Shown piece by piece: positions 1 to 12,696 of a stretch of DNA of 64,000 nucleotides (position 1 is its first letter; each line of letters begins with the position of its first letter). The position numbers and the translations under genes are program-made. This DNA is from an uncultured bacterium (GTDB taxonomy: Bacteria > Bdellovibrionota > JACOXK01 > 2-02-FULL-40-11): positions 1,380 through 65,379 of the forward strand of contig CAYJMQ010000004.1 of assembly GCA_964371555.1 (NCBI GenBank). The letters are read 5' to 3'. The notes beneath the pieces are model-generated. The model saw only the letters and a list, made by a program, of their open reading frames with translations. It searched no databases and had not been told where the DNA came from.

Positions 1-152
1 CCTGAAGAAGTTTTACCCGGTCAAAATCACGACATTTTTTGAAAAGATCCATATGTTGAAAGTTGACACCTTCAAAATGCCATATAATCGTCAGACATTA
101 CTCAAGCTTACACGATCTTGTCAATTTCTTTTTAAATTGTTAAGAACACCAG

Positions 153-608
153 ATGAATTTTAAGATGGGTTTTAAGACACTTGAATCGAATTCGGAGAGT
201 CATACAAAACAGGTCGCAGAAACTGTTGCAAAACTGCTACAGGGGGGGGATGTTATTGGGCTTCAGGGGGATCTTGGAGCGGGGAAAACAACATTTGTGC
301 AGGGGTTGGCTTCCGGACTTCATTTGAAAGAAGGGTATGTTGTGTCGAGTCCCACCTTCACATGGGTTCATGAATATCCGTGTGAAAAATTCATGCTCTA
401 TCATATTGACTTTTATCGTTTGGAAAACAGCTCAGACGCTTATTCGTTGGGGTTGGAACGGTGTTTTGATAAAAATTCAATTGTTGTTGTTGAATGGTTT
501 GAAAAGGCGAGGGATGTTTTGCCGGAGAATATTTTTGAAATTCATTTCCAATGGAAGGACTTTCAGAGTCGAACGATTGCGATCAGCAATGACTTAATCT
601 TTTTTTAA
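153..608 (+). CDS. tsaE: tRNA threonylcarbamoyladenosine (t6A) biosynthesis protein TsaE (YjeE-family P-loop ATPase)
   Basis: A 151-aa ORF. It has the Walker A motif GDLGAGKTTFVQG and the YjeE-typical SSPTF...VHEY / HIDFYRL motifs. Confidence 0.8.
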   Translation: MNFKMGFKTLESNSESHTKQVAETVAKLLQGGDVIGLQGDLGAGKTTFVQGLASGLHLKEGYVVSSPTFTWVHEYPCEKFMLYHIDFYRLENSSDAYSLGLERCFDKNSIVVVEWFEKARDVLPENIFEIHFQWKDFQSRTIAISNDLIFF

Positions 609-663
609 TCTTTTCCGAAAAGAATAATAAGAGTGGACAACGGTTGGGGACAAAGGGGGGGCT

Positions 664-987
664 ATGAGAACGGCAAAGAAGCGGTGTCAGGAAAAGAAAT
701 GCCGAAGCGAGGCAACTACCGCTCATTTCTGCAGGTTCCACTACATTGCGCGTTGGGGGGATCGACCGGAAAGACATGCTTTGAGGCGGGAAGAGAAGCT
801 CAATTATTATATTCGTGAGATCACAAGGCGCTATCCCGAAGAATATCTGGAAATTATCAAGCGGGACCTCTCATCAGAAGAAAGTTTCAAAAAATCACTG
901 CGCGAAATGAACATCAAATTTGACGAAGGTGAAACCGCAAGCGAATTTGAAAGACAAGAGATTCTAAAGAAAGTAAAAAGCCGCTAG
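664..987 (+). CDS. Hypothetical small basic protein with an N-terminal Cys/His cluster (possible zinc ribbon)
   Basis: A 107-aa ORF lying between tsaE and miaB on the same strand. It contains C-x4-C-x10-C-x2-H and a charged C-terminal half. I recognise no family. Confidence 0.35.
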   Translation: MRTAKKRCQEKKCRSEATTAHFCRFHYIARWGDRPERHALRREEKLNYYIREITRRYPEEYLEIIKRDLSSEESFKKSLREMNIKFDEGETASEFERQEILKKVKSR

Positions 988-1037
988 TCTCAATTATTGA
1001 CGGAGTCTCTTATTTCTAATATGAAAAAGAGATTCTT

Positions 1038-2333
1038 GTGAAATATTATCTTAAAACTTACGGCTGCCAGATGAATGTCTATGATTCCGACCGGATGACG
1101 CGGCTTCTTAAGCCGCTCAATTTTTCGCAGACGCAGGATGAGGGAGAGGCAGATCTGATTCTTTTTAATACCTGCACGGTCCGTGAAAAGGCAAAACATA
1201 AATTCCTGAGCGATTTGGGGCGATTGAAAATGCGCAAGCGTAAATGTGAGAATTTAATGATTGGTGTGGGAGGATGCGTTGCCCAGGAAGAGGGGGAGGG
1301 ACTTTTAAAACGTCTGCCGCATCTTGATTTTGTTTTTGGGGTTGATCAGCTCGATCAGCTTCCTGCTATTTTAAAGAGGGTGAGTCGCACACGCGAGCGT
1401 ATTGCGCTGACAGCCTGGGATACGGAGCCTAAATTTTCTCTGTCATATCTTCAACCGGCGAGAGGGCCCGTTTCCGCGTTGGTAACCATTATCAAAGGGT
1501 GCGATAAATTTTGCTCATTCTGTATTGTTCCATTCACGAGGGGACGGGAGAAGAGTCGGCATCCGGGAGAAATCGTGCAAGAGATTGAAGGGATGGTTTC
1601 AATGGGGACGCGCGAGGTGATGCTTCTCGGGCAGAATGTGAACTCATACTTATATGAAAAGCATGATTTCCCGGCGCTGCTTCGCATGGTTTCTCAAATT
1701 AAAAACTTAAAGCGCGTTCGTTTCACAAGCCCGCATCCATCCGATTTTTGCGACGGAATGATTGCCTGCTATGTCGATCTTAAAAATCTTTGCAGGCATC
1801 TCCACCTCCCTGTGCAGGCTGGAAATAATGAAATATTAAAAAGAATGCGACGGTGGTATACCGTTGAGCGCTACCGATCGCGCATTCAAAAATTACGGGA
1901 AGCTGTCCCCGGCATTGCCGTATCCACAGATATTATCGTTGGTTTTCCAGGAGAATCTGAAGAGGCATTTGAAGATACGCTGCGGCTCCTGAAAGATATT
2001 CGCTACGATTCTATTTTTTCTTTTGTCTATTCCCCCCGCACAGGAACCCAGGCGGGTGGGTATGAAGACGATGTGTCCCGGGAAGAAAAAGAAAGAAGAC
2101 TCCATCGCCTTCAAAAACTTCAGGACGAAATCTCTCTTGAAATCAACGAATCCAAAGTGGGAGAAACGGTTGAGGTTTTGGTTGAAAAAGAATCAGAAGA
2201 AGGACTTCAAGGCAGAACCGATACGAATAAAATTGTCCATTTTAGAGGGGATTCAAAACTTTCAGGGGAGTTTGTTTCGATCAAACTGACGAAGGCCTTT
2301 CCACACAGTTTAGCCGGCGAATTGGCCAGTTGA
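1038..2333 (+). CDS. miaB: tRNA-i6A37 methylthiotransferase MiaB (radical SAM)
   Basis: The N-terminus is MKYYLKTYGCQMNVYDSDRM. The radical-SAM motif CDKFCSFCIVP is present, as is a TRAM-like C-terminus. It is 431 aa. The start is probably GTG at 1038. Confidence 0.85.
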   Translation: MKYYLKTYGCQMNVYDSDRMTRLLKPLNFSQTQDEGEADLILFNTCTVREKAKHKFLSDLGRLKMRKRKCENLMIGVGGCVAQEEGEGLLKRLPHLDFVFGVDQLDQLPAILKRVSRTRERIALTAWDTEPKFSLSYLQPARGPVSALVTIIKGCDKFCSFCIVPFTRGREKSRHPGEIVQEIEGMVSMGTREVMLLGQNVNSYLYEKHDFPALLRMVSQIKNLKRVRFTSPHPSDFCDGMIACYVDLKNLCRHLHLPVQAGNNEILKRMRRWYTVERYRSRIQKLREAVPGIAVSTDIIVGFPGESEEAFEDTLRLLKDIRYDSIFSFVYSPRTGTQAGGYEDDVSREEKERRLHRLQKLQDEISLEINESKVGETVEVLVEKESEEGLQGRTDTNKIVHFRGDSKLSGEFVSIKLTKAFPHSLAGELAS

Positions 2334-2355
2334 CAAACCAAAAATTCAAGAGTAA

Positions 2356-3858
<1,503 letters not shown>

Positions 3859-5391
3859 ATGCGCCAACGAATTCTCATTCTCGATTTTGGTTCACAATAT
3901 ACACAACTGATTGCGCGCCGGATTCGTGAATGTAATATCTATTGCGAGATTCATCCCTATTCATTGAAATTAGAAGAGATTGTTTCATTCCGGCCAGCGG
4001 GGGTGGTTCTTTCGGGGGGACCTGCGTCGGTGTTGTCTCCAGATGCTTATTTGATTGATCCAAAAATCTTTGAGTTAAACATTCCGATCTTGGGGATTTG
4101 CTATGGAATGCAGCTTATAGTGAAAGCGCTCGGCGGAAAAGTGGTGAAAGCCGAAGCGCGGGAATATGGTCGTGCGACGATCGAGCTTTGCGCCTCATCT
4201 CAACTTTTCTCCGGCTTTAAAACGGGAGAAAAGCTGCGGGTGTGGATGAGCCACGGCGATCGGATTGAAGATCTGTCAAAAAACTTTATCTCTATCGCAA
4301 CCTCAGAAAATTCGAAGGTTGCCGCCTGTCAGGATGAGGCGAGAAAATTTTACGCGCTTCAATTTCATCCGGAAGTGGTTCATACGCCAGAGGGGAAAAG
4401 GATCCTTTCAAATTTTTTGTTCCTGATTTGTAATTTAAGCCCCTCCTGGACGATGCGATCGTTCATTGACTATTCCATTGAGGCGGTTCGAAAACAGGTG
4501 GGCGATCACCATGTTATTTTGGGGGTAAGCGGGGGGGTCGATTCATCGGTAACCGCCGCTCTTCTGAAACGAGCCATTCCCAATCAGCTCACATTGATTT
4601 TCATCAATAATGGATTTTTAAGGCTCAATGAGGAAAAAAAAGTTGTCGAATTTTTTCATGACTATGATCTTCGTTATGTTGATGCAAGCGAGCGATTTTT
4701 AACAGCGCTCAAAGGGGTTACCGATCCAGAAGAGAAAAGAAAAAAGATCGGTCATATCTTTATTGAAATCTTTGAAGAAGAGGCCAGAAAAATTCCCAAA
4801 GCAAAATTTCTGGGGCAGGGGACACTCTATCCGGATGTGATTGAATCACGATCATTTAAAGGCCCCTCTGCAACGATCAAAACGCATCATAATGTGGGGG
4901 GACTCCCGCCAAAGATGAATCTTGAACTGATTGAGCCTCTCCGTGAGCTCTTTAAAGATGAGGTGCGTCTTCTTGGAAAAGAACTTCAAATGCCGAATGA
5001 GTTGATTTTCAGACAACCATTTCCGGGGCCGGGGCTTGCGGTGCGGATTCTGGGTGAAGTGACGGTGGCCAGGCTTTCGGCTCTTCAGAAAGCGGATCAT
5101 ATTGTTGTTTCAGAGATTAAAGAAGCAGGGCTCTACCATAAAATCTGGCAGTCATTTGCCGTGCTCCTTCCCATAAAAACCGTCGGTGTCATGGGGGATG
5201 AGCGGACATACGAACATGTCATCGCGGTTCGCGCCGTCAAAAGCGAAGATGGCATGACCGCCGACTGGGTCGATCTCCCGCACGAACTTCTCGCCCGTAT
5301 TTCAAACCGCATCATTAATGAGGTCTCCGGCATCAATCGTGTTGTCTACGACATTTCTTCCAAGCCACCCAGCACGATTGAGTGGGAGTAA
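3859..5391 (+). CDS. guaA: GMP synthase (glutamine-hydrolysing)
   Basis: The N-terminal GATase is [24 protein letters not shown]. The PP-loop is [10 protein letters not shown]. The C-terminus is the dimerisation domain. It starts 1 nt after the guaB stop. Confidence 0.9.
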   Translation: MRQRILILDFGSQYTQLIARRIRECNIYCEIHPYSLKLEEIVSFRPAGVVLSGGPASVLSPDAYLIDPKIFELNIPILGICYGMQLIVKALGGKVVKAEAREYGRATIELCASSQLFSGFKTGEKLRVWMSHGDRIEDLSKNFISIATSENSKVAACQDEARKFYALQFHPEVVHTPEGKRILSNFLFLICNLSPSWTMRSFIDYSIEAVRKQVGDHHVILGVSGGVDSSVTAALLKRAIPNQLTLIFINNGFLRLNEEKKVVEFFHDYDLRYVDASERFLTALKGVTDPEEKRKKIGHIFIEIFEEEARKIPKAKFLGQGTLYPDVIESRSFKGPSATIKTHHNVGGLPPKMNLELIEPLRELFKDEVRLLGKELQMPNELIFRQPFPGPGLAVRILGEVTVARLSALQKADHIVVSEIKEAGLYHKIWQSFAVLLPIKTVGVMGDERTYEHVIAVRAVKSEDGMTADWVDLPHELLARISNRIINEVSGINRVVYDISSKPPSTIEWE

Positions 5392-5440
5392 AAAAACCCT
5401 TTGCAATTCGATATTTTTTTGAATAACTTTTCTGCCTCAC

Positions 5441-5515
5441 AGGCGCGTAGCTCAGCGGTAGAGCACTACTTTGACGTAGTAGGGGTCGTGAGTTCAATCC
5501 TCACCGCGCCTACCA
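5441..5515 (+). tRNA. tRNA-Val (anticodon GAC), CCA encoded
   Basis: It folds by hand into a cloverleaf. Acceptor AGGCGCG pairs with CGCGCCT. The D-stem is GCTC/GAGC. The anticodon stem is CTACT/AGTAG with loop TTGACGT. The T-loop is GGTCGTGAGTTCAATCCTCAC. The terminal ACCA is present. Confidence 0.85.
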
Positions 5516-5640
5516 TTTCTTCGAAATGGTTCGTCTCCTGATTTATGACTCGGCGTCATTTTCGAAAATCGCTTGCAGAATCAGAACTGCTCATATATAT
5601 GTAATTTTATCTTTTGCCATGATGACCTTTTATATATTCC

Positions 5641-7548
5641 ATGAAAAAAATTGAGCTGACCTTTCCTGATGGATCGCATCAGGCCTTCCCATCCGGTGTT
5701 GTTGGCTTGGAAGTAGTCAAAAAGTTTCCATCTCTTGCCGCGATCGCGCTAAAAATTGATGATGCCGCAATTATCGATCTCATGACCCCTATTGAGAAGG
5801 ATTGCCATGTCCGGATTTTAACGCCCAAAGATCGCGACGCTTTGGAAGTTCTCCGTCACTCCACAGCCCACATTATGAGTGAAGCGGTTCAACAGATTTT
5901 CCCGGACGCAAAGGTAACCATAGGCCCCGCGACCGAACAGGGATTTTATTACGACTACGACTTTGAGCCGGGCTTCACCCCTGAAGATTTAAATAAAATT
6001 GAGAAGAAAATGTCAGAAATTATTGAATCCAAAAGCCCTTTTCAAAGAACGACAATCGATAAAAAAGAGGCGCTTAAAAAATTTCGTCTGATGAATGAGA
6101 ATTATAAAGTTGAAATTTTAAATCAAATTCCGGAAGAAAAGGTGAGCATCTATAAACATGGAAAGTGGGAGGATCTCTGTCGGGGGCCGCATCTTCCTCA
6201 CACAGGATGGGTAAAGGCTTTTAAACTCCTATCGATTGCCGGGGCCTATTGGCGCGGCAATGTCAAAAACAAAATGCTTCAGAGAATTTATGGAACCGCT
6301 TTTTTTTCAGAAAAAGAGCTGGGGGATTTTTTGCATCAGCTTGAAGAGGGGAAAAAAAGGGATCACAGAAAGCTTGCAAAAGAGCTCGATCTTTTGAGTT
6401 TTCACCCCGAATCGCCGGCAAGTCCCTTTTTTCATCCGAAAGGGGAGATGATCTATAGCGAACTTATCAGTTACTGGAAAGAGACGCATCTGGCACGGCA
6501 TTATGAGTTTGTAAAAACCCCCTTTATTTTGAGCTCTGAGCTCTGGCATCGAAGCGGCCATTATGAAAATTATAAGGAAAACATGTATTTCGTAAACATT
6601 GATGAACAGGAATATTCAGTCAAACCGATGAATTGCCCGGGGCATATTCTGATTTTTCAATCGCATAAACATTCGTACCGTGAATTTCCAATTCGTCTTG
6701 CCGAGATAGGGCAGGTCCACCGGCATGAACTCTCCGGTGTGGCCCACGGTCTCATGCGTGTGAGAACCTTCTCGATTGATGACGCGCATATCTTTTGTCG
6801 GGAGGATCAGATTGAAGGGGAGATCTCTTCTGTCGTCGAGCTGATTCTTACCATGTATAAAACGTTTGGTTTTCATGAATATAAAATGGAGCTCTCCACA
6901 CGCCCTGAAAAATCGATTGGGGGGGATGAGATGTGGGCAGCCGCTATTTCGGCGCTTGAAAACGCCCTGAAGAAAACAAAATTAGAGTATCAGATCAACC
7001 CCGGTGAAGGGGCATTCTATGGACCTAAAATCGATTTTCATGTGAAAGATATTCTTGGAAGAATGTGGCAGTGCGGCACGATTCAGCTTGATTTTTCGAT
7101 GCCAGAACGTTTCGATTTGACTTATACGGGGAGCGATGGGAAAGAACATCGTCCGGTGATGATCCATCGCGCCGTTTATGGTTCTCTTGAGCGTTTTTTG
7201 GGGATTCTCATCGAGCATTATGGCGGGGCTTTCCCCGTTTGGCTCTCCCCGGTTCAAGCGATTGTTATGAACGTAACCGATCATCAGCTCTCCTATGCCC
7301 AAAAAATTTATGAGGACTTGGGAAAGGGGGGGGGAATCCGCGCCGATTCGGATTTTAGAAATGAAAAACTCGGGTTTAAAATCCGGGAAGCGCAGCTTAA
7401 AAAAATTCCCTACATGGTCATCATCGGAGATCGGGAGATGGAGTCTCAAACGCTTTCTCTCAGAGAGAGGGGTGGAAAGACATCCGGAGGGGTTCCTTTA
7501 GAGGAGTTTCTCAAACGCATTAAAAACGAAGTCGAACAAAGGAGGTAA
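5641..7548 (+). CDS. thrS: Threonyl-tRNA synthetase
   Basis: A 635-aa ORF with an N-terminal TGS domain, then the editing domain, a class II core (motifs MNCPGH and FRLAEIGQVHRHE) and a C-terminal anticodon-binding domain. Confidence 0.9.
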   Translation: MKKIELTFPDGSHQAFPSGVVGLEVVKKFPSLAAIALKIDDAAIIDLMTPIEKDCHVRILTPKDRDALEVLRHSTAHIMSEAVQQIFPDAKVTIGPATEQGFYYDYDFEPGFTPEDLNKIEKKMSEIIESKSPFQRTTIDKKEALKKFRLMNENYKVEILNQIPEEKVSIYKHGKWEDLCRGPHLPHTGWVKAFKLLSIAGAYWRGNVKNKMLQRIYGTAFFSEKELGDFLHQLEEGKKRDHRKLAKELDLLSFHPESPASPFFHPKGEMIYSELISYWKETHLARHYEFVKTPFILSSELWHRSGHYENYKENMYFVNIDEQEYSVKPMNCPGHILIFQSHKHSYREFPIRLAEIGQVHRHELSGVAHGLMRVRTFSIDDAHIFCREDQIEGEISSVVELILTMYKTFGFHEYKMELSTRPEKSIGGDEMWAAAISALENALKKTKLEYQINPGEGAFYGPKIDFHVKDILGRMWQCGTIQLDFSMPERFDLTYTGSDGKEHRPVMIHRAVYGSLERFLGILIEHYGGAFPVWLSPVQAIVMNVTDHQLSYAQKIYEDLGKGGGIRADSDFRNEKLGFKIREAQLKKIPYMVIIGDREMESQTLSLRERGGKTSGGVPLEEFLKRIKNEVEQRR

Positions 7549-7552
7549 TACT

Positions 7553-8101
7553 ATTAAAGCGCCGCGTCGAAATCGGGGGATCTATGCCCCCAAGATAAGG
7601 GTTATTGGAGAAAAAGGGGAACAAATGGGGATTATGCCAGTTCAGCAGGCTTTGGATCTTGCGTATCAAAGTGGGCTTGATCTGGTTGAAATTGCCCCTC
7701 AGGCAAATCCGCCAGTATGTAAGATCATCGATTATGGCAAGTATCTCTATGAGATTAAAAAACAACAGCAGAAAGCCAAAAAGAAACAGGTGGTTATTAA
7801 GCTTCATGAAATTAAATTCGGTGTGCGCACCAATGATCATGATTTAGAGCATAAGCTTCGAAAGATCTGGGAATTTTTGGATGAGGGGGATCGTGTGAAG
7901 ACAACGGTTGTCTTTCGTGGCCGGGAGATGGAGCATAGAGATCTGGGCAAAATAATGCTTGACAAAATAGTTGGAAAACTTGAAGGTATCGGCACAATTG
8001 AGCAGATACCCAAATTAGAAGGAAAGACGCTTTTCATGGTGTTTGCCCCGGTAAAAGCAGCAAAAAAAGAGAAAAAACCCGATGAAATTAAAAACCAATA
8101 G
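7553..8101 (+). CDS. infC: Translation initiation factor IF-3, initiating at a non-canonical ATT (AUU) codon
   Basis: The ORF-track ATG at 7625 lacks the conserved IF-3 N-terminus. An in-frame ATT at 7553 restores IKAPRRNRGIYAPKIRVIGEKGEQMGIMPVQQAL... A GGAGG lies 7 nt upstream of it and overlaps the thrS stop. The AUU start of infC is a conserved autoregulatory feature. Confidence 0.75.
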   Translation: MKAPRRNRGIYAPKIRVIGEKGEQMGIMPVQQALDLAYQSGLDLVEIAPQANPPVCKIIDYGKYLYEIKKQQQKAKKKQVVIKLHEIKFGVRTNDHDLEHKLRKIWEFLDEGDRVKTTVVFRGREMEHRDLGKIMLDKIVGKLEGIGTIEQIPKLEGKTLFMVFAPVKAAKKEKKPDEIKNQ

Positions 8102-8279
8102 CGGCGCTGCGAAAAGGATGCGGTTTACCAAGAAGGGAAAAATTAAGCGAAGCAGAGCCAGACGCAGGCACCTTTTAACCGTAGGGAAGACAGAAAGTCG
8201 CAAACGGCATTTGAGAAAAGCGGCTTATGTGGAATCTTCTGAAGCCCATCGGATGCGAAGGCTGATGCCGTATGGGTAG
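8082..8279 (+). CDS. rpmI: 50S ribosomal protein L35
   Basis: A 65-aa highly basic ORF, MKLKTNSGAAKRMRFTKKGKIKR. It overlaps the infC 3' end by 20 nt. Confidence 0.85.
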   Translation: MKLKTNSGAAKRMRFTKKGKIKRSRARRRHLLTVGKTESRKRHLRKAAYVESSEAHRMRRLMPYG

Positions 8280-8281
8280 TC

Positions 8282-8314
8282 GCGAAACCATTTTCGAAGA
8301 AAAAATGGTTTCGC
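8282..8314 (+). promoter_or_regulatory. Intercistronic stem-loop with perfect 13-bp arms between rpmI and rplT
   Basis: GCGAAACCATTTT-cgaagaa-AAAATGGTTTCGC. It lies directly after the rpmI stop and 25 nt before the rplT ATG. Confidence 0.5.
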
Positions 8315-8338
8315 AATATATAAATGTAAGGATAAATT

Positions 8339-9758
<1,420 letters not shown>

Positions 9759-9759
9759 A

Positions 9760-11820
9760 ATGATCTTAAGTTCCGAATGGCTTTCAGAGTATTTTGCCCT
9801 TCCTAAAAATCTCGATCTTGTTTTTGAAAAGCTTACAGGTATCGGCCTTGAGGTCGAAAATATCCAAAAAAGGAAGCTCGATACGAAATCTCCGCATGTT
9901 ACATTTGAAATCAACGCGCCCCCGAACCGGTCCGATGTTTCAAGTTTTATCGGTGTCGCGCGTGAGCTTTCCGTTGTCTTCAACAAAGATATTCGACTGC
10001 CAAAAGTTCTCATCCCCAAAACAACAAAAAATGACTCGAAAGAAAATATTCAGAAAGAAATCAAGGTCTCTCTTAAAGATTCAAAAAAATGCCCCCGTTA
10101 TATGGGTCGGTTTATCGCGGATGTTAAAATTGGCCCTTCACCGGAGTGGCTCAGGCGCCGATTGGAATCTGTTGGCCAGCGGTCGATTAATAATATCGTC
10201 GATATCACAAATTATGTGATGCTCGAGTACGGTCAGCCTCTGCATGCGTTTGATGCCAGCCGCATTGCGGATCGAATCATTATTATACGATCCGCGATTC
10301 AAAATGAAAAAATAATGACTCTCGATGGCGAAGAGAGAATTTTAACATCGGACGATCTTGTGATTGCAGACAGCTCAGGCCCCATTGCTCTTGCCGGCAT
10401 CATGGGAGGCGCCCGGTCGGAAGTCTCTCAAGACACGAAAAATATTTTTCTGGAAAGCGCCTATTTTGATCCGGTAGCCATTCGAAAAACATCAAAGCGC
10501 CTCGGTTTAAGCTCCGAATCATCGAAGCGGTTCGAGCGGAATGTGGATATAAACGGGGTTAAGACCGCTCTCGATCGCGCGGCAGCGCTCTATTCTTCAA
10601 TAGCTCAGGGCCGGGCGCTTCGGGATCGTATAGATATTTTCCCAAAAAAAATTGCCCCTAAAAAAGTAACCTTAACATTTGAGCGCCTGAAGCAATATCT
10701 GGGATATGAACCCAACCCTTCGAAAGTGAAGCAAACATTAAAACAGCTCGGATTTTTGCCGAAGGCTCCGCTCACCTATGAAATCCCGACTCATCGTGTC
10801 GATATTTCGCGGGATGTCGATCTGATTGAAGAGATCGCGCGATTTGAAGGATACGAAAAAATCCCCTCGATCGAACCGATCGGTTCCGCCGCTCTTCAAC
10901 AGAAAATTGAAAAAAATCGTCTGTTGGAGAGAAAAATAAAAGAAACCCTCTCGTTTCTTGGCTTTACAGAAGTTATAAACTATAGCTTCTGTTCCCAAAA
11001 AGATCTTGAAAAAATTGGTTGGCGTGGCGGGGTGGTTAAAATTCAAAATCCGATAGGGGAGGAGATGGCTGTTCTTCGTCCGACCCTCTCGGCTTCGCTT
11101 CTTAAAATCCTCAAACTAAATATCGATCGCCAGATCCGGAATGTTCGGATTTTTGAGTTGCGATCGGTGTTTGATGAAAAACAAAGGGAAACGAAAATGC
11201 TTGCCGGGCTTTTGAGCGGCCCCCGTTATCCGCTTCATTGGAAACTCAAAGAGGAGGGGATCGATTATTTTGATTTAAAAGGGGTGGTGAGTCATTTTTT
11301 TGGGGCCTTGCGCCACAGGGTAAGTTTTCGTGAAGCTGCGAGTGGTCCCTATTTTCATCCCAGACTTTCAACAAAAATTTGGATCAGTGGAAAATGCTAT
11401 GGCGAAATGGGGAGCATTCACATCCCAACCCTCGATATGTATGATCTCAAACAAGAGGCCTACTTATTTGAAATCAATGTATCAGAGCTTGAAAAGAGCG
11501 GTTTTAGAAAAATTGTTTTTGAACCCCTTTCAAAGTTTCCGGCAGTTCTTCGCGATTTATCGATTTTGGTTCCACTCAAACGCGCTGTTTTATTTGACGA
11601 GCTTTATGAAACAATTGAAAAAGAAGGGGGGGGGCTTGTGACCCGCGTAGAACTCTTTGATATTTACAAAGGGGACTCCATACCTCCCGGAACTGAGAGC
11701 TATACCTTTGCCTTGACATATCAATCGAGCGGCGGAACGCTGAGAGATGAAGAAGTGAATCGTCGACATGAGCATATTTGTCTCAAGCTTTCAGAAAAAT
11801 ATGAAGCCAAAATCAGGTAA
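9760..11820 (+). CDS. pheT: Phenylalanyl-tRNA synthetase beta subunit (short form lacking the N-terminal OB-fold B2 domain)
   Basis: It starts 2 nt after the pheS stop. B1-like MILSSEWLSEYF...GLEVE is followed directly by TFEINAPPNRSDV...GVARE. The B3/B4, B5 and C-terminal FDX-like domains are present. It is 686 aa against about 795 in E. coli. Confidence 0.8.
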   Translation: MILSSEWLSEYFALPKNLDLVFEKLTGIGLEVENIQKRKLDTKSPHVTFEINAPPNRSDVSSFIGVARELSVVFNKDIRLPKVLIPKTTKNDSKENIQKEIKVSLKDSKKCPRYMGRFIADVKIGPSPEWLRRRLESVGQRSINNIVDITNYVMLEYGQPLHAFDASRIADRIIIIRSAIQNEKIMTLDGEERILTSDDLVIADSSGPIALAGIMGGARSEVSQDTKNIFLESAYFDPVAIRKTSKRLGLSSESSKRFERNVDINGVKTALDRAAALYSSIAQGRALRDRIDIFPKKIAPKKVTLTFERLKQYLGYEPNPSKVKQTLKQLGFLPKAPLTYEIPTHRVDISRDVDLIEEIARFEGYEKIPSIEPIGSAALQQKIEKNRLLERKIKETLSFLGFTEVINYSFCSQKDLEKIGWRGGVVKIQNPIGEEMAVLRPTLSASLLKILKLNIDRQIRNVRIFELRSVFDEKQRETKMLAGLLSGPRYPLHWKLKEEGIDYFDLKGVVSHFFGALRHRVSFREAASGPYFHPRLSTKIWISGKCYGEMGSIHIPTLDMYDLKQEAYLFEINVSELEKSGFRKIVFEPLSKFPAVLRDLSILVPLKRAVLFDELYETIEKEGGGLVTRVELFDIYKGDSIPPGTESYTFALTYQSSGGTLRDEEVNRRHEHICLKLSEKYEAKIR

Positions 11821-11917
11821 TTGTTTTAACAACTTAGCACTCTTTCGGATTGACATAAATATTTGCGTTTGTTATTCTTTTTATGCCAATTTGTGGTGGA
11901 AAACATAAGGGGGCCAC

Positions 11918-12202
11918 ATGACAAAAGCTGAACTTATTGCGCAGGTTTATGAAAGGGTTGGTTTTTCAAAAAAGGATTCATCGGAATTGGTCGAGCTGAT
12001 TTTTGAGATGATGAAGGCGGCGCTCACCAACGCTGAAAAGATTAAAATTTCTGGTTTCGGGAATTTTATTGTCCGTCAAAAGAGGTCACGCATGGGGAGA
12101 AATCCTCAAACAGGGGAGTCGATAGAGATCTCGGCACGAAAAGTTTTGGTCTTTCACCCGAGCCAGGTATTAAAAGCACAGCTGAATCCTCATCGAAAGT
12201 GA
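11918..12202 (+). CDS. ihfA: Integration host factor alpha subunit
   Basis: MTKAELIAQVYERVGFSKKDS...GFGNFIVRQKRSRMGRNPQTGESIEI. It sits in the classic position after pheST. Confidence 0.85.
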   Translation: MTKAELIAQVYERVGFSKKDSSELVELIFEMMKAALTNAEKIKISGFGNFIVRQKRSRMGRNPQTGESIEISARKVLVFHPSQVLKAQLNPHRK

Positions 12203-12208
12203 TTTGGA

Positions 12209-12577
12209 ATGAAAAAAGAATTTGTAATTCCGCCGATTCCGGATCGGCTCTATTTTAAGATTAGCGAAGTCAGTCAGATCACAGGGGTTCCAGCCTATGT
12301 TTTGCGATATTGGGAAACAGAGTTTGAAATTTTAAAGCCCCCAAAATCAAAGGCAAACCAGCGGGTTTATGAGAGAAAGCATATCGAAAATATTTTTGTG
12401 GTAAAAAAGCTTCTCTGGCATGAGCGCTACAGCATTGAGGGGGCCAAACAGAAGCTTATTGAATTAAAACGAAAGGGGCGCGAAGAAGTACTCGATCCTT
12501 CCAAAGTAACCGAAGCGCAAAAAATGCGCCGGATCAAGAACGAACTCAAAGACCTCATTCAATTCCTTCGCGCATAG
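12209..12577 (+). CDS. MerR-family transcriptional regulator
   Basis: The HTH is YFKISEVSQITGVPAYVLRYWETEF. It is 122 aa. The same ihfA / MerR-like / tRNA-Pro arrangement occurs in pseudomonads. Confidence 0.7.
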   Translation: MKKEFVIPPIPDRLYFKISEVSQITGVPAYVLRYWETEFEILKPPKSKANQRVYERKHIENIFVVKKLLWHERYSIEGAKQKLIELKRKGREEVLDPSKVTEAQKMRRIKNELKDLIQFLRA

Positions 12578-12585
12578 ACTTTTAA

Positions 12586-12661
12586 CGGGGTGTGGCTCAG
12601 CCTGGCCTAGAGCACTCGCTTGGGGTGCGAGAGATCGGTGGTTCAAATCCACTCACCCCGA
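12586..12661 (+). tRNA. tRNA-Pro (anticodon GGG), no encoded CCA
   Basis: It folds by hand. Acceptor CGGGGTG pairs with CACCCCG (C1-G72 is typical of bacterial tRNA-Pro). The D-stem is GCTC/GAGC. The anticodon stem is CTCGC/GCGAG with loop TTGGGGT. The T-arm is GGTGGTTCAAATCCACT. Confidence 0.8.
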
Positions 12662-12696
12662 TTGATTTAAATCGATTTAGTTTATAGAGTAAAACC

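Noticed and set aside
242-249. G8-G9 homopolymer tracts inside tsaE (242-249), thrS (about 7323-7331) and pheT (about 11630-11637), considered as phase-variation or slippage sites.
   Set aside because: They sit in frame in essential genes and encode Gly-Gly(-Gly). There are no contingency-locus features. At most they are sequencing-error hotspots.
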